Origin: Barthelona sp. PCE | Taxonomy: Eukaryota | Assembly (NCBI GenBank): GCA_040285745.1 | Contig: JAUFOR010000008.1 | Coordinates: forward strand, 682,001 to 746,000 | Direction: 5' to 3' | Length of the DNA: 64,000 nucleotides | Part shown: piece by piece, positions 19,007 through 29,229 of the stretch | Layout of the letters: the number at the start of each line of letters is the position of its first letter | Numbering within the stretch: the stretch's first letter is position 1 | Translations under genes and position numbers: made by a program | The notes under the pieces: model-generated | The model's database searches: none | Seen by the model: only the letters and a program-made list of their open reading frames with translations | What the model was told of the DNA's origin: nothing

Positions 19007-20218
19007 ATGAACTTCTTTCGGAAGGCACAGGAAGCGTTTCAAACCATTCTAAGACCAATCGGTTTACCGGAGCCGCCGTCAAACGATCCGAGACATCACA
19101 ACAATGATGAAACTCCGCAAATTGTTGAAGAAAAACCAGTTCTTACTGTTGCTCAGCGTTTGAGGTTGAAGAAAGAACGCATTGACAATGCACTTCTTAA
19201 CTCTGAAGTGTTTACAGATGACGAATTTCGGGAAATATGCTTTGAAGGTGTACCACCCAATTCTGACAGTCATAGGGGCACATTGTGGCTTCCTCTTCTG
19301 CTAATAGATTTACCAAGATCATATGCCGATTGGAAGCAGTATTTCTCTGATAAAAAAGACTTGTATAACGAATTTGTTCGTGATTTTTATCATGGAAGGC
19401 CGACAATAGCGAGAGATCCGCTCGGTGAAAGCCCTGAGTGGGATGAATACTACAAGGACCAAGATATCAAGTTTGAGATTGCCAAAGACGTTGTGCGTAC
19501 TCACCGTGGTCTTCATTTTTTCAACATTGGTATTGACGCTGAGGGTTTAGAAATGCATACACCAAGCGATGAGATATTCAAAGTTCTTAATGCTTGTGAA
19601 CACCACGCTGCTTTACATAGAATCTTGTTTGTCCTCTCAAAAGTTAACCCCGCTCTACAGTATGTGCAGGGTATGAATGAACTAAGCGCACTCATATATT
19701 ATGTATTATACAACTCTACATCGCACCTGAAAACGCTCGACATTGAATTTCATGCGGAATCAGCCGCTTTTTGGGCTATGAACTCGTTATTAAGTGATAT
19801 TGGAGGTTTGTTTTCGACTCAAATGGATCAGACTGAAGCGGGGATGCGTGGAGCGTTCCGTAAATATCGAAAACTGATGAGAAAAGTCGATCCAGAAATG
19901 GACGATCATTTCCGTTCAATATGTTTGGAGGAAGAGTTTTATTTGCTCAGTTGGATTACTTTGTTCTTCACACAGCTGTTCAGTCTTCCTGATGTTATTC
20001 CTCTGTGGGACTTTTTCCTGAGCGAAAAGAATAGCACATCACGATTAAATCGTGTTTTAATTTTTGCGGTTTCAATTTTTGAGTTAGAACGTGAAAAATA
20101 CCTGTCAATGAATCTGAGTGAGATATTAACAGATGTCCAGGAAGTGAAGGCTGCCCCTAATGAGATTCTAAAGCATGCAAAAGCTCTAGTTAAGGAATTC
20201 TTTCCAAATACTGTTTGA
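19007..20218 (+). CDS. TBC-domain Rab GTPase-activating protein (TBC1D13-like)
   Basis: IAKDVVRT (Arg finger), YVQGMNE (Gln finger), WITLFFTQ and LPDVIPLWD. Confidence 0.92.
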   Translation: MNFFRKAQEAFQTILRPIGLPEPPSNDPRHHNNDETPQIVEEKPVLTVAQRLRLKKERIDNALLNSEVFTDDEFREICFEGVPPNSDSHRGTLWLPLLLIDLPRSYADWKQYFSDKKDLYNEFVRDFYHGRPTIARDPLGESPEWDEYYKDQDIKFEIAKDVVRTHRGLHFFNIGIDAEGLEMHTPSDEIFKVLNACEHHAALHRILFVLSKVNPALQYVQGMNELSALIYYVLYNSTSHLKTLDIEFHAESAAFWAMNSLLSDIGGLFSTQMDQTEAGMRGAFRKYRKLMRKVDPEMDDHFRSICLEEEFYLLSWITLFFTQLFSLPDVIPLWDFFLSEKNSTSRLNRVLIFAVSIFELEREKYLSMNLSEILTDVQEVKAAPNEILKHAKALVKEFFPNTV

Positions 20219-20227
20219 GATCACTCA

Positions 20228-21454
20228 CTATTTACTAAATGATGTATATAGGAATTTAACCATCAGGTCGTGGCTAGCTACAGCAAACGATACTACCAAA
20301 AACTCTGTTAACGCGTGAAAGTTAGCCGCTCCAGTGAAAACATTCACACATGGAATTCCTTTTTCTGCCAATATAGATGCGTCTAAACCACCTCTAATAC
20401 CTGTGCTCTCCATGAGTTTAAGCCCAGACTCGTTGAATAAATCCATCAGTATATCTCTGTATAACTTTGCGTCATCCGTCAGACTGAATCCCATATTATC
20501 ATATTGCTTAACAATAGATACACTTACATCACAGTCTACTTCAGCTGCACATTCTCTAGCCGTTGTTTGAACATGCTCTTCCAACCCTGCCATATCTTCT
20601 CGAGTGAAGGCACGTAGAATCAATGTTGCTGACACCTTTGTGATGTGTTCCGACTTTAGATCTGTACACAGTATGTACGGCTCCTTGTCTTTCGTTGTCA
20701 TGCACAATTTGTCACTCGGAAACATGGTGAGGAACCTGCCCAGTGCTGCTGGAGTGTTTCGCATATCGCTTTGGTACGCTTCGCCTGGGTGAATAGAGGG
20801 GCTTGAAAATTCAACCACAGCTCGTTTACCAATAAATGTCTGATCCTGGATGCTAGGTAGTCCTCCGTCAAGATTGAGACAGATATCACATGGCTGAAAG
20901 AACTTATAAAGATCGTCTGTGACGCCACAGCATCCAATCTCTTCATCAAAAGTAAAAGCTACTCTAATTTCAGGATGGTCATCCTTCATGGACTTACATA
21001 CAGCTAGGATGATTGCAATGCCGGCTTTGTTGTCAGCGCCCAATAATGAATCACCACTACTCACAACAAGTTCTTCACCATGCAGATCAGCCAGCTCAGG
21101 GTTTGTTTGGTCGTTTATCTCGATGCTATCGTCCTCTGGATACTTTACGCAACCATCGTATGTGACAACGCGTGGGTTACAAAGACCAGAATATGTGGGA
21201 GCTGTGTCCATATGGGCAAAAAGTCCAACAGACTTATCAACTCCTTCAGAACCTGGTAAAACACCTGATATACCAAAATCCTGTAATGTAATATCAACAA
21301 GGCCCGCGTCTGTCATAAAGTTCGTCAATAGTCCGTTGCAGAGTACAGTTTCATTGGGATTGGAAGGTAATGTTTTTGAGCCTTCAACTGATTGTGTATC
21401 TACACGGGCCAGCGGCAGAAAATAATCCAAAATCTGTTTCTTAACTTCAGTCAT
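20228..21454 (-). CDS. pepT: peptidase T-like tripeptide aminopeptidase (M20B)
   Basis: DTQS..S...PS, AHMDTAP, LLGADNKAGIA, FTFDEEIG, NLDGG, HPGEA and IRGGLD...GIPCVNVFTGAANFH. Likely start is MTEVKK at 21454; an upstream in-frame ATG lies at 21505. Confidence 0.9.
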   Translation of the reverse strand: MTEVKKQILDYFLPLARVDTQSVEGSKTLPSNPNETVLCNGLLTNFMTDAGLVDITLQDFGISGVLPGSEGVDKSVGLFAHMDTAPTYSGLCNPRVVTYDGCVKYPEDDSIEINDQTNPELADLHGEELVVSSGDSLLGADNKAGIAIILAVCKSMKDDHPEIRVAFTFDEEIGCCGVTDDLYKFFQPCDICLNLDGGLPSIQDQTFIGKRAVVEFSSPSIHPGEAYQSDMRNTPAALGRFLTMFPSDKLCMTTKDKEPYILCTDLKSEHITKVSATLILRAFTREDMAGLEEHVQTTARECAAEVDCDVSVSIVKQYDNMGFSLTDDAKLYRDILMDLFNESGLKLMESTGIRGGLDASILAEKGIPCVNVFTGAANFHALTEFLVVSFAVASHDLMVKFLYTSFSK

Positions 21455-21843
21455 AATGAATGAAATAGAGAATAAAAAGAAAAACAACTCCTTTATATGA
21501 TACAACTATTACTATATCTTCTAAAGGGGTAAAATTGGGGTTTTATCTCCTGTCAAACTGCAATGCAGATGAAATTGCGTTCAACATGAAGGCTCAAAAT
21601 CTGCTCTTGGCAATTCTGCTGATTTCTTATGTACCCATCATTTGTTGTGGGAAAACTTAATACTTATACATGTTTTTCGTTCTTAATAGTGAAAAAAAGA
21701 GTGTATAAACATGTTTCTCAAATCAAATCCATTGCTTATCGTTCACATTTTAAACTCTTACACCATTCCAGTAAACGCTAAAATTGCGAATAACACCGTA
21801 ATTCAAATACCAAACTCCTGTCTAAAATTTGTTACTCTTTTTC

Positions 21844-22599
21844 ATGTTCAAATACACGTGTTTCATTTTATTAACCGTGCTTATTGGGGCCTGCATGGGT
21901 GCCAGACATACATTTGATCGTAGCGATCCTACTTCTTCATATATATGTCTTGATGGCAAAATGAAATGCATTACTTTCAAAAACAACAAGGTTGACGGCA
22001 CATATTTCGATCTGACCTATAACTTCACATCGCATAGACTAGTATTTGGTGGAGAAAATTTCCTTTTCAATGATGTTAAGTCTAGTTTCGTTAAACTCGG
22101 TCACATTTCAGGATTACATGATGCCTTCCACTTCAGCGACCGCTTTGGAGGCCTTGAAAGTTATGAGAGTCTCCATTGTGTTGATAAAACTGTCCTAATC
22201 AAAAGTGATGAGCAAGGCAAGGATTTTCAAACAATCAGTTCAACAGACTCTATTTTTATTGACGGCAATCTCGTTCTCAACAATGCTGTTGTTCCTGATG
22301 TAGGTTCCGTGTATGTAGGACGAGTTGTCTCAAAGATACATGAACATGATGTTGTGTTGAAACTTATTCCTTTAGAAGTATCTCAATCAAGAGTCACAAT
22401 TCTATACAGTACTATCGATATATTGGAAGGAGAAGTATTTCCGTGGTCACTGTTTTTCATCGCTCTTCTGTTACTCACCGTTGTTGTTTTGGCTTTGTTT
22501 TTGAGGAAGATAATCAAGAAAGATAATCAAAAGAAGCAAAGAGCCTTTTTAGTAAGCAAAGCACGATCAAAATCGAATATATATGATGATGTATTTTAG
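21844..22599 (+). CDS. hypothetical type I membrane protein
   Basis: Signal-peptide-like N-terminus, beta-rich ectodomain, TM segment WSLFFIALLLLTVVVLALFL, and a basic tail ending YDDVF. Confidence 0.7.
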   Translation: MFKYTCFILLTVLIGACMGARHTFDRSDPTSSYICLDGKMKCITFKNNKVDGTYFDLTYNFTSHRLVFGGENFLFNDVKSSFVKLGHISGLHDAFHFSDRFGGLESYESLHCVDKTVLIKSDEQGKDFQTISSTDSIFIDGNLVLNNAVVPDVGSVYVGRVVSKIHEHDVVLKLIPLEVSQSRVTILYSTIDILEGEVFPWSLFFIALLLLTVVVLALFLRKIIKKDNQKKQRAFLVSKARSKSNIYDDVF

Positions 22600-22637
22600 T
22601 AGGAACGTACTGCGTTAAATAGTAAACTTTAGCATAA

Positions 22638-24485
22638 CTAGAATTCGTGTATATCACAAAATTGAATATCAGGAAACAGACCAAGAGAAGCTGGTACAAC
22701 CGCCGGTAGACACTCGTTCTGCATCGGAAAATAATTCTCACTGGGAAGTGCAGCTTGTGATAATCGTGCGTCTGGAGACGTTAACTGATATGACGTCGAT
22801 TGGGGCACAAAATCGGTGGGAAGGGCGGGAGAAACAATGATATCATCTGTAAGCACTGCAGAAAGATATGCACTGTCTGTACCCTTCAAAGGGGTATCGA
22901 TCGATATCATGTTCGTCTGCGGTGCATTGTATATGGGAACACTATCGTCAACTAACTCCTCTTCCAAAATGGGCATATCAAAATGCTCCTCTGTTTCTTT
23001 CAATTGGGAGGGTTCATTGTTGTCTGATTGATACGGGTTTAATGACATGAACTCCTCATTAATGGCGATACTTTGAACCATTTCAGTAAGCAATACCTCT
23101 ACTTCATCGTCAGATTCATCACTGTCGAAACCCGTTGATGGTTCATTAGGGGTGTACTGCCATACACCTGCTTCATTGGTATCTGTTGCTACAATCTCTC
23201 CTCCTTCAAGTGTCTCTACCTTCTCAGATACATTTTCTTCAGCTTCTTCCTCGCTTTCTTCCGATTCAGGTGCGTTTTCCAAATAGTCTGGGTTATCAGA
23301 ACAGTAATTTTTAAGAACTCCAATAACTTCAGCATGCGAAATCTCTAAAACAACTGGTACTTCTTCTTCTTTAATCAGCTTTGCTTCAGTCTCAACACCA
23401 ACGTTTGGATAAGATTCTTCCTCAACTGCGAGTTTCTCGATCTCTGCTGTCGGATACATGTTGATAGGTTGCGGTAATTCCATGACAACCTCATCTGACT
23501 CAAAATTTATCCTTTCAACCACGTCCTTCAGCCTCTCAGAGTCTTTTTCGGCTGATGCAGGTTCGTTGGGTGTGTTTTCAAGAGAAAACGCTTCAACAAT
23601 CGATCGAGGTGAAGGTGTTCGAGGATACAAGTTGGGGCTACTCAACAAGGGGCTTAACTGCTCTACTTTCTCGGGTGATGTGGCGAGCTCTATCGATGAT
23701 ACAGTATTTTCTGACGTTATAAGCGGCTTTGTTGGACTCAATGGGGGACGTTCCTCAACTGTGAATGAAGTAACTTCATTTTCATCACTCTCTACTGTAC
23801 TCGGCATAGGAGATACATCGTGGCTGTTTGCCTCATCTATTGTGTCCAAAGTGTGCATCAGTTCATCTAAATCTTGTTTCGTATCATTCAACACGGATTC
23901 ATCCTCACTCAGAGCAAACGCATCTGTCATGGGCTCAGGGCTGTTGACCTCTCTTTGGCCACTCTGTGTTGAACTAGGAGAGAAAAAACTGGAGTTGACA
24001 TTGGGCAACCTTTCAATCAAATGCTTAATATCAAATAACGCTGCACGTACTTCCTTATCAGTACTATATGCACCAATATTCGATATTATCTCACGGGTTG
24101 CAAATGTAAATGTCACAAAATGCTGATAAAATGAAGGTGTGATATCATCATAATTTTTATCTTCACAACTATCGACAAAATATCGAGCCAACCGATTTAC
24201 CTCGGGTGTTAGTGGCTTGGAGGGCACGGTAGTAGCCACAGGAGAGCGAAAATTCGGATCCAAAATCTCAGAAGTTTGTAAAGGAATAGATTGTGACATA
24301 ACATGGTTTGGTACGGATGGAACTGGTCTTATGGGGCGGAGAGGTGCAGCGCGCTTTGGTTTTTGTGGTGAATCTAGCTGGAATTTCTGCGATTTAAATC
24401 TTATTGGTGAAGTAAGTACTTTTATGCTGCCCGATTGCTTTTTTAAGGCAATATGTGAGCTGTTAAACGCCCTTCTTGTTAACAT
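22638..24485 (-). CDS. hypothetical acidic, Ser/Pro-rich, largely disordered protein
   Basis: 615-aa ATG-initiated ORF filling the space between neighbours; no recognised domain. Confidence 0.7.
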   Translation of the reverse strand: MLTRRAFNSSHIALKKQSGSIKVLTSPIRFKSQKFQLDSPQKPKRAAPLRPIRPVPSVPNHVMSQSIPLQTSEILDPNFRSPVATTVPSKPLTPEVNRLARYFVDSCEDKNYDDITPSFYQHFVTFTFATREIISNIGAYSTDKEVRAALFDIKHLIERLPNVNSSFFSPSSTQSGQREVNSPEPMTDAFALSEDESVLNDTKQDLDELMHTLDTIDEANSHDVSPMPSTVESDENEVTSFTVEERPPLSPTKPLITSENTVSSIELATSPEKVEQLSPLLSSPNLYPRTPSPRSIVEAFSLENTPNEPASAEKDSERLKDVVERINFESDEVVMELPQPINMYPTAEIEKLAVEEESYPNVGVETEAKLIKEEEVPVVLEISHAEVIGVLKNYCSDNPDYLENAPESEESEEEAEENVSEKVETLEGGEIVATDTNEAGVWQYTPNEPSTGFDSDESDDEVEVLLTEMVQSIAINEEFMSLNPYQSDNNEPSQLKETEEHFDMPILEEELVDDSVPIYNAPQTNMISIDTPLKGTDSAYLSAVLTDDIIVSPALPTDFVPQSTSYQLTSPDARLSQAALPSENYFPMQNECLPAVVPASLGLFPDIQFCDIHEF

Positions 24486-24614
24486 TTAACAATAAATATG
24501 GAAGAAAGGATGTAATGCAAAAAACAAACCGCTTTACTTATTTCAACGTTATTTCATTCTTCTCAAAGGGTTTAATCCTTGTTTTATTGTCTTTTTAACA
24601 CATATATTACGTGA

Positions 24615-25361
24615 ATGTATTTTCTGCCACGATTAAAACGCCGTTTACTTTATATAGCCGTTAGTATCTTTTGCTTTTACTCTCCTGTGGTCTTTTGGCC
24701 ATTTTTGTTTTGGAATACTGAGCGTATATTCAATTTAATATGTGCCACGTACCGTTTTGTTTACAAACCTCACACAACGTTAATCAACAATAACAACACA
24801 GATTATGAGAATTTCAATGGCCTCATCCTCACCAGTCACAAATCACATGTTGAAGTAATCATCCTTCAACAACTTGGAAAAAAACACGGTCTTATCGGAC
24901 GGTTGTTAATGTTTGTGGCAGCTCTTCCATGCACACTCAGTCTGTACTTAAGCGGGAGGTATTTCCCATTCAACAGAGGTGAAATACCAATCAAACGCAG
25001 ACGCCCAATGCGTGAATTATTTGACACAGTCTTTAAAAAACTGGGATCATTCACTCTGTATCCAGAAGGTACTAGAGAACCCAGTAGAGCTGTGAGACGT
25101 CTTAAAATGGGATGTATTAAGTACTGCTATGCTAATTCGCAACCTATTTTAATGGCTCCAGCTGACGGATGTCAGGAATTAATCGATCATAAGCGTGTCA
25201 TCCTTGGAAGGAAAAAACAAATCGTCACATACATTGGGGACATAGTTCATCCCAAAGACTATGAAACAGAAGAATCTTTTTGCCATGCTGTCACGGAAAA
25301 ATATATTGACAGTTATATGGAATGTTGTAGAGAACGCACGCGCCTCCTAACGAGCGGTTAG
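24615..25361 (+). CDS. PlsC-family (LPAAT-like) acyltransferase
   Basis: Motif I SHKSHVE (HX4D variant), motif II FPFNR, motif III YPEGTRE, LKMG and an N-terminal hydrophobic segment. Confidence 0.8.
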   Translation: MYFLPRLKRRLLYIAVSIFCFYSPVVFWPFLFWNTERIFNLICATYRFVYKPHTTLINNNNTDYENFNGLILTSHKSHVEVIILQQLGKKHGLIGRLLMFVAALPCTLSLYLSGRYFPFNRGEIPIKRRRPMRELFDTVFKKLGSFTLYPEGTREPSRAVRRLKMGCIKYCYANSQPILMAPADGCQELIDHKRVILGRKKQIVTYIGDIVHPKDYETEESFCHAVTEKYIDSYMECCRERTRLLTSG

Positions 25362-27017
25362 TTGCTCCAACCTGTCAATATGACTTAGTAAACTGTTCCT
25401 TTCCGTGCATTCCTTTTTCACAATGTCCTTCAACATTGTAATTTGCTTATCCTTCTTTGCCAACGATGCTACCAGTTGCTCCATGTGCTTTGAAAGCTGT
25501 TCTACCGTTGAAGTTATCTCAACTTCACGTTCATCCCACTTTTTCACCCACTTATTTCGTTCTTCTCGTATAGCTTCATCAGCATTGTTTGTAGTATGTT
25601 GTGCGTTGTGCAATTTATCTTCAAGAACATCCTTTTCGGATTGTAACAATACCGCTCTGTTCATCAATTCCATTATCTTCTTTCTGTTTAGATCAATGTC
25701 ATTCTCAAGTTCTTCGATGGATTGCTTCAATTTCTGCTTTTCAACATTAGAAATATCCATTTTTAGGCGCCAATCCTGGTTTTCTTCCGTTAAAGTACTC
25801 ACTTCTCCCTTGAGTTCATCTATCTTTTCTTCCAACGCTTCGACTGATCCTCCAACAGCATTGGCCCTCCTTAATTTTGATTCTAGCTCTTCCTTATCCT
25901 CCTCTAGTGTGACAACGCGAGCATTTAGCCCATCAATCGTTTCCTTAGCTTTACGTTGCTGTTCCAGATTTCGTGTCGTCTCCTCTTTAAGACGATCATT
26001 TGCTCTTTTCAAACGAACACGCATCTGATCAAGTTGCCTAGCTTCACCTGCGCTCTTGTTACTCTCCATCTTTGCAATTCTAGACTTTAGCATTGAATTC
26101 TCAGATTCCAACTCTATGCTACGAGTTTTTGTTTCTCCCAACATTTTCACAACCTTTTCCAGTTTCTTGCGCAGGTTAATAATAGTCTCATCATGTGATT
26201 CACCGTTATGTAAAAGCTCTTCTTCTAAAGACTGGATTCTATCTTGCAAAACTGTCTTATCTTGTAATAACTCTTTTCTAACATCATTCCACTCAATCTC
26301 CTTCTTCCGAAACACTGAAAGTGCATCGTCTGATTGTCTCTTTTGCTGTCTCATATCTGATTTTAGCTTATCAATGGTTTGCTCAAGTTGATTCATAGCT
26401 GTTTCCATTTTCTCTCGTTGGAGTGTTCCTCCTGTGTTTTCTCCGCGTAGGCTATCTATTGTACCCTTAAGGTTCGATATTTGACGCTTTTGCTTTGCAA
26501 TTTGATCATGAAAACCTGTGAAAGCATTTTGAAATGGAGCAAAAAACTTTGAATAATCTCCCTTGACAACAGGCATTAATGCATTAACCACTGTGTCTGT
26601 AATAGAATTTTGCTCATTTCTCATCTCAGTAATAAATCCCGCAAGTACATTCTCCTTTTTGACATAAAAATCTTTCAAAGAACGGAGCTCCTGCTCTTTT
26701 TCATGAAATCGTTCATCTGCCTCGACTGCCTGACCCTCTTTTTCTTTTAGAACTTCAATTCTTGCCTCTAAATCAGATACGCGTTCTTGCCAAACTCCGT
26801 CAGCTTCCCGCAATTGTTTTTCAAGGTATTTGTTCTTCTTATCAAGCCCCTCATATGCTGTCAATTGCATATCAAACCTATCATTTGCACTTTTAAGGTT
26901 CTTGTGCAAAGAATCAATTGTTTTTTGAAGCTGTTCGATTGGCGCATTCCTAAAAGCCATCACCTCGGCTTCCAGTCGCTCTATTTTGTTTAAAAGTGCC
27001 CCTACTTCACTTGTCAT
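25347..27017 (-). CDS. long coiled-coil protein
   Basis: Continuous E/K/L/Q heptad-like composition over about 555 aa. First ATG is at 27017. Confidence 0.75.
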   Translation of the reverse strand: MTSEVGALLNKIERLEAEVMAFRNAPIEQLQKTIDSLHKNLKSANDRFDMQLTAYEGLDKKNKYLEKQLREADGVWQERVSDLEARIEVLKEKEGQAVEADERFHEKEQELRSLKDFYVKKENVLAGFITEMRNEQNSITDTVVNALMPVVKGDYSKFFAPFQNAFTGFHDQIAKQKRQISNLKGTIDSLRGENTGGTLQREKMETAMNQLEQTIDKLKSDMRQQKRQSDDALSVFRKKEIEWNDVRKELLQDKTVLQDRIQSLEEELLHNGESHDETIINLRKKLEKVVKMLGETKTRSIELESENSMLKSRIAKMESNKSAGEARQLDQMRVRLKRANDRLKEETTRNLEQQRKAKETIDGLNARVVTLEEDKEELESKLRRANAVGGSVEALEEKIDELKGEVSTLTEENQDWRLKMDISNVEKQKLKQSIEELENDIDLNRKKIMELMNRAVLLQSEKDVLEDKLHNAQHTTNNADEAIREERNKWVKKWDEREVEITSTVEQLSKHMEQLVASLAKKDKQITMLKDIVKKECTERNSLLSHIDRLEQLTAR

Positions 27018-27103
27018 GTTGTTAAGGAATAACTTCACAAAAACGGCGAACTATTATTCAACATCTAAACAACTGATTTTACTACATATTAAACCACAAA
27101 ACT

Positions 27104-28804
27104 CTAACCTGCGAAACTTGCTGATCTTACTAAACCATTTGTTGAGAATTGCCTCGAAAACTGACTTGGAGCAAATGAACTGTGACGTTGTAATGTAGGA
27201 GCTTCTTCTTGAAGCTGGTTTATGAGGTTTGTGAGTTGTGGAATGGGATTTTCCATTTTTAAATGAACCTTTGCTGTTGTTTTCAAAAAATTCAATCGTG
27301 AACGATCAAGCATGAGTCTCTTTAACTTTGGTTTCATATAAAAATAATTTGCTATGGCAACAAAACTTCGAAGAGCCTTCATATCTGATGAAACTTTCGA
27401 AAAAACAAGATATACAAGCTTAAATATTTGTACTGAGTTAAACACCGACTCTTCTTCTGCTTGAAAATGTCCAATCATACGACCAAGGAACTTAAGAAGT
27501 GCGCGTGATATCGTCAACAGTTCTTCTTCCTCAACATCATCAAAATATACATCGTTGAACAAATCGAAAAATTTGAAGTTTTTGAAGTTTCTATACACCA
27601 ATTCTGCAACATCGTAAATCGCCACCAGCTTACTCAATAAGTTCCAATACTCCGGTACCTCAAAGAAATCTTCTAGCTTGATAACTCTAGCTGAATAAGT
27701 ACTGATCATCGTCATCATCTCTGGGGTTCGAATTTTATCAAGAATCTCGACAAAGAAGAACAAAATTGAATCTGCATCGTTCGAGTCGCACTCTTCATCC
27801 TCTAAAGCCATGAAAACCAAAGGAATAACTTTTCCAAAGGGAAAATCACTTAAATATTTAACCATATTTCCAATAGTTAACGCTACATAAGCTGTAATTT
27901 TGGTAATTCTATGATGTGAAGATAAAGTCTCTCGCAATAAATTCGAAACATCATATTCAACCAGTTGTTTCATCAAATCTTCGTCATCAGACATTGATAT
28001 TTGACTAAGAAAATGAAAAAATGGTGAAATGACAGTAGGCATGTCCATGAAATCATACAAAATGCTAAAAAGTATTGGAACAATCCTCAGAAAATTGGGA
28101 ATTCCATCAACACTATACGTTACAGCTAAATTACCTAAAGCACCACATAGAGGAGCAACCATCCTATGATCGCCGCGAAACCGAAGCAGGCAATTTAATA
28201 AGGTGATTATTACATGTTTAGTAGCAAATATTTCCACAAAATCTGTATTCTCATCTAAATTCTTAATTAAGACAGCGAATGACAATGTAAAGAACGGAGA
28301 ATCAAAAAACTTCCACACTTCATCTACATTATTAAGCTCCTCAATCTCCAAATCCTCAAAATCTATTGAATAATCTATCTCATCCTCAGTCAATCCAATT
28401 ATATCATCTCCTTCAATGTCAAACTCCCCTGATGTTGATGAAAATGTTCTAGAACCAACAGGTGTGAAAAAATTTAATATTTGGAAAATTTTCAGCATCA
28501 CTTGTAAGTCTTTTCCATATTTGGTTATTAATTGCGTTATGAGATTCCCAAAATCGCTGTTACATAGTCGTATGAGATTTTGTAATCGGTTTGCTAGCTT
28601 TCTGTCTGAAACCAATTCCAAAGTATCAGATAAAAGTTGAACTACGACCGGTCTATCTTCAATATGTTGCAAGCTAAATCTACAAAAGGCTGTGAAGTCT
28701 GCTTTCCTTAAGGATCTTCTGATATCTGTGTCATTCAGAAGAAGACTGTCTAGGGAATCAATTGCAATAACCTTCTTGGTAGCTGTTTGCCATCTGCCCG
28801 ACAT
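27104..28804 (-). CDS. ARM/HEAT-repeat-like hypothetical protein
   Basis: ARM-like helices (CGALGNLA, ALTIGNM) in a 566-aa ORF. Confidence 0.65.
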   Translation of the reverse strand: MSGRWQTATKKVIAIDSLDSLLLNDTDIRRSLRKADFTAFCRFSLQHIEDRPVVVQLLSDTLELVSDRKLANRLQNLIRLCNSDFGNLITQLITKYGKDLQVMLKIFQILNFFTPVGSRTFSSTSGEFDIEGDDIIGLTEDEIDYSIDFEDLEIEELNNVDEVWKFFDSPFFTLSFAVLIKNLDENTDFVEIFATKHVIITLLNCLLRFRGDHRMVAPLCGALGNLAVTYSVDGIPNFLRIVPILFSILYDFMDMPTVISPFFHFLSQISMSDDEDLMKQLVEYDVSNLLRETLSSHHRITKITAYVALTIGNMVKYLSDFPFGKVIPLVFMALEDEECDSNDADSILFFFVEILDKIRTPEMMTMISTYSARVIKLEDFFEVPEYWNLLSKLVAIYDVAELVYRNFKNFKFFDLFNDVYFDDVEEEELLTISRALLKFLGRMIGHFQAEEESVFNSVQIFKLVYLVFSKVSSDMKALRSFVAIANYFYMKPKLKRLMLDRSRLNFLKTTAKVHLKMENPIPQLTNLINQLQEEAPTLQRHSSFAPSQFSRQFSTNGLVRSASFAG

Positions 28805-29229
28805 ATTATTCGTATTTTGCCCGTATTTTAGTGTTCAAAAACTTGGAACGCAAAAGAAATCACCATTTTCAAACGAAATGGGATAAATTTGATATAGCGC
28901 AATTTTATCATTCAGTAAAGCTACCTGATGACATGCTCAAGCTTTGCAACTTACTCAACCACTACAAACGAATAGGAACAAACCTCACATGATAACTCTA
29001 CATGTATAATTATATCTGGGTTTAAAATCACTGATTGACCAAATATACTTTAAAAACACTTCACTTTGAGCAAAATCGAACAAAAATTATCAAACTTAAA
29101 CATTTTGTGGTTGGAACTTTAGTTCATCATAACACCACTTAAACGTGGTAAAATCCACAATAAACGGTTTGGTCCTAAAATTGGATCAATATTCATAATG
29201 AAACCTTTTTTCTTACCTCTTTCACATAA

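Noticed and set aside
28925-29034. Possible box C/D snoRNA (TGATGA ... CTGA) in the long spacer
   Set aside because: No terminal stem or identifiable rRNA guide is visible, and the boxes are short enough to arise by chance. A snoscan/Infernal run would be needed.
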